A DNA stretch of 64,000 nucleotides from Escherichia phage AugustSocin: the sequence record MZ501052; one strand, given 5' to 3'. Below the pieces are notes generated by a model. The model was given only the letters and a program-made list of their open reading frames with translations, was not told the DNA's origin and did not search any database. Position numbers and translations under genes: made by a program. Of the stretch, positions 61,844 through 64,000 are shown in pieces. How positions within the stretch are numbered: the first letter of the stretch is position 1; each line of letters opens with the position of its first letter.

Positions 61844-63269
61844 AAAATTTTAATTCATTTGCCAAAGCATCTAACTGAGCTCGAGTGGATTCATTTCTTT
61901 GATAGCGATTCTGTTCAGCCTGAATCTGTTGTGAACCTGCTACTTCACTCACTTCAGTTGGAGTAGAATCTTGTTCAATTTCTACCCATTTCTGATTTCC
62001 CTTTTGAACACCCATTAAAAACTTATTCCACTTATTCTTATCGCCATATCGTGATTTGATTTGCTTAATGAGTTGTTGTTCAGCAGCTGCTAGCTCCTCG
62101 GTTTCAATGACCGCAAGCATAAAATCAGCTGTTGCTGGAAGACCAGCAGATTCTGCAATATCGCTCATGTTAACATCGGAAGAGTCCCAAGCTTGTTTAC
62201 CGACCTGTGCTGCAGTCCAAAGAACAGTTTCGGTTTCAACAGCCAGAGCACGCAATTCCTCTGCAATAGCTTTAACAGTTGTGTAACTATTTTCTGAATA
62301 AACTCTGATGCGGCAAGATTTACAAATACCTAGATAGTCGACAATAATGATTGTTGGAACAAAATTCTTCTTGAGCTTCAATTCATTCAAGAGAGACCTG
62401 AATGTGTTAGCATCTGCCCCACCAGTGGGATACTGTTTAACGATTAAACGACCAAGAGTAGATTTCTCACGCCATTTTTCCATTTTTCCTTTATACTCAG
62501 CGTAAGAAATATGCCCATCATCAATGTCATCAAGAGAAACATCAAGCATATTAGCATCAATACGCTTAGCACAGACTTCTTCTGCCATTTCCATGGAAAT
62601 GTAAAGAACATTATGTCCGAGCTGTAAATAATCTGCTGCTAATGAACACAATCCTAATGATTTACCAACGTTAACGCCAGCCATTAAAACGTTCAGTGTT
62701 CCAGTCTCAGCTCCGCCTTTAGTAATTTTGTTTAGAATTCTGAGTTTAAATGGAACCTTACGAGCTTTATTCATATAAGATAGCCAACGTGCTTCGTAGT
62801 CATCCATCCAATCATGACCAACGTAACTATCAAATGAAATTGATAATGCTTGGCGCATGATGTCAGGAATAGCACCAACATCCGGCATTTTCTTATTTCG
62901 TTTTTCCGGAGGAAGTTCAGCATTAGTTTGAATTTCGATTATTTTAGACGTAGCATTAAACATCGCCCTTTGCTGAACATATTTTTCTGTTTCTTTTACT
63001 AACCAGCTGTGGTCTTCCGGAGAATCAGCTAGTTTTGAAATAAGTGTTTTTACACCAGAATATTCTGTTTCAGTAAATGAACTATTTTCTAATGCAACAT
63101 TTAACGCATTAATAGATGGAACGCTATGATACTCATTAACATGAGATTTAATTAATTTGAATGTATTTTTAGCTGGACCACTTTCAAAATATTCTGAATC
63201 CATATATGGCCAAACTTTTGAAAAATAAGCTTGATCAAATATGAGATGAGAAAGAATAATTTCTACCAC
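61842..63269 (-). CDS. 41: replicative DNA helicase gp41 (DnaB-like)
   Basis: 475-aa ORF (T4 gp41 length) with Walker A GVNVGKS. Confidence 0.97.
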   Translation of the reverse strand: MVEIILSHLIFDQAYFSKVWPYMDSEYFESGPAKNTFKLIKSHVNEYHSVPSINALNVALENSSFTETEYSGVKTLISKLADSPEDHSWLVKETEKYVQQRAMFNATSKIIEIQTNAELPPEKRNKKMPDVGAIPDIMRQALSISFDSYVGHDWMDDYEARWLSYMNKARKVPFKLRILNKITKGGAETGTLNVLMAGVNVGKSLGLCSLAADYLQLGHNVLYISMEMAEEVCAKRIDANMLDVSLDDIDDGHISYAEYKGKMEKWREKSTLGRLIVKQYPTGGADANTFRSLLNELKLKKNFVPTIIIVDYLGICKSCRIRVYSENSYTTVKAIAEELRALAVETETVLWTAAQVGKQAWDSSDVNMSDIAESAGLPATADFMLAVIETEELAAAEQQLIKQIKSRYGDKNKWNKFLMGVQKGNQKWVEIEQDSTPTEVSEVAGSQQIQAEQNRYQRNESTRAQLDALANELKF

Positions 63270-63278
63270 ACTTACTCC

Positions 63279-63641
63279 TTAAAAGAATTTAAATTTTTTC
63301 TTTGACCTTTTATTAAATGCATCTTGTAGTTGCATTGTAATACATTTTTCTACATGAGGAGCTAACTCAGCTTTTCTTTCTTGGTCAAGAACAGCAAAGT
63401 CCATTACAACCTTTCCATCAACCCAATCCAGTTTTGTTACATACACTATATGTGTAGAACCATCTTCTAGTTTAATGACAATCTCCTGGATAACATTTTC
63501 CATGGCAGATTTAATTATCTTAAGAGATTCATTAAAAAGACGTTCTTTTCTTTCTTCTTCCCCCTCCGAAGAGGGGGATTCATCGATAATTTCTAGATCT
63601 AAATCTAAATCATCTTTATTCATTAAATTCTTCCATATCAC
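63279..63641 (-). CDS. 40: gp40-like protein (head assembly accessory)
   Basis: 120-aa ORF between uvsX and gene 41; acidic N-terminus. Confidence 0.7.
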   Translation of the reverse strand: MIWKNLMNKDDLDLDLEIIDESPSSEGEEERKERLFNESLKIIKSAMENVIQEIVIKLEDGSTHIVYVTKLDWVDGKVVMDFAVLDQERKAELAPHVEKCITMQLQDAFNKRSKKKFKFF

Positions 63642-64000
63642 TTAACTGTTCGAGGTCAGTTTCTAAATCAGCAGCTGATTTACTTTTACTTTCTGGAGAT
63701 TTAAATTTTTCAACCTTTGAGTTAATCAATTCATCAACTTCAGCTTCAACAATTTCATTGCTATCAATAGCACCTAACTGATAAGCACGTTTAATAGCAT
63801 CTCGGAATGGTTGATGCTTAAATAAAGGACCCCAGAATGTAGTGCAGTTGGTATCTTTTGCACGCCAAGATTTTTCTTCGCGAATCATCTCACCGGTTTC
63901 TTCATCAAGAAATTCACGAGCATACCAACCGTTCTTAGGTTTTACCACGAATCCTAATTCTAGAGCCATATCTAACAATCCAGAATAAGGATCGATACCA
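63616..64000 (-). CDS. uvsX: recombinase UvsX, C-terminal part (gene begins beyond window end)
   Basis: Frame open to window edge; C-terminal sequence ...LELGFVVKPKNGWYAREFLDEETGEMIREEKSWRAKDTNCTTFWGPLFKH... with acidic tail. Confidence 0.9.
   Translation of the reverse strand, partial: GIDPYSGLLDMALELGFVVKPKNGWYAREFLDEETGEMIREEKSWRAKDTNCTTFWGPLFKHQPFRDAIKRAYQLGAIDSNEIVEAEVDELINSKVEKFKSPESKSKSAADLETDLEQLSDMEEFNE

Overview
This window is a contiguous 64-kb segment of a T4-like (T-even) myophage genome, running from inside DNA ligase gene 30 to the 3' part of uvsX in the same order as the phage T4 map. Calls rest on reading the supplied translations against remembered T4 proteins and motifs; no database search was run. 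Nearly all early and middle genes are on the minus strand (30, rIII, 31, cd, pseT, spanin pair, alc, rnlA, denA, nrdB, nrdA, td, frd, 32, 59, 33, dsbA, rnh, then asiA, motA, 52, stp, ndd, denB, rIIB, rIIA, 39, dexA, dda, srd, modA, modB, soc, 56, 61, dmd, 41, 40, uvsX). The late long-tail-fibre genes 34-38 and holin t form a plus-strand block at 23.4-33.9 kb. It is not T4 itself: td and nrdB are intronless, gene 39 is one 606-codon ORF with no separate gene 60, and the fibre tip uses a glycine-rich gp38 adhesin (T2-type). No dam, segF, mobE or intron homing-endonuclease ORFs are present where T4 carries them. No tRNA, rRNA or CRISPR was seen. I found no clearly new multi-gene system. The most unusual local features are an 85-bp perfect tandem duplication at the soc 3' end, apparent frameshifts in ndd and in a possible segG-like ORF between 32 and 59, a strongly ribosome-site-equipped plus-strand 66-codon membrane ORF where T4 has dam, a 119-codon ORF between td and frd, and two tandem paralogue pairs. 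Coordinates for features not taken from the ORF track are approximate (about +/-3 nt).
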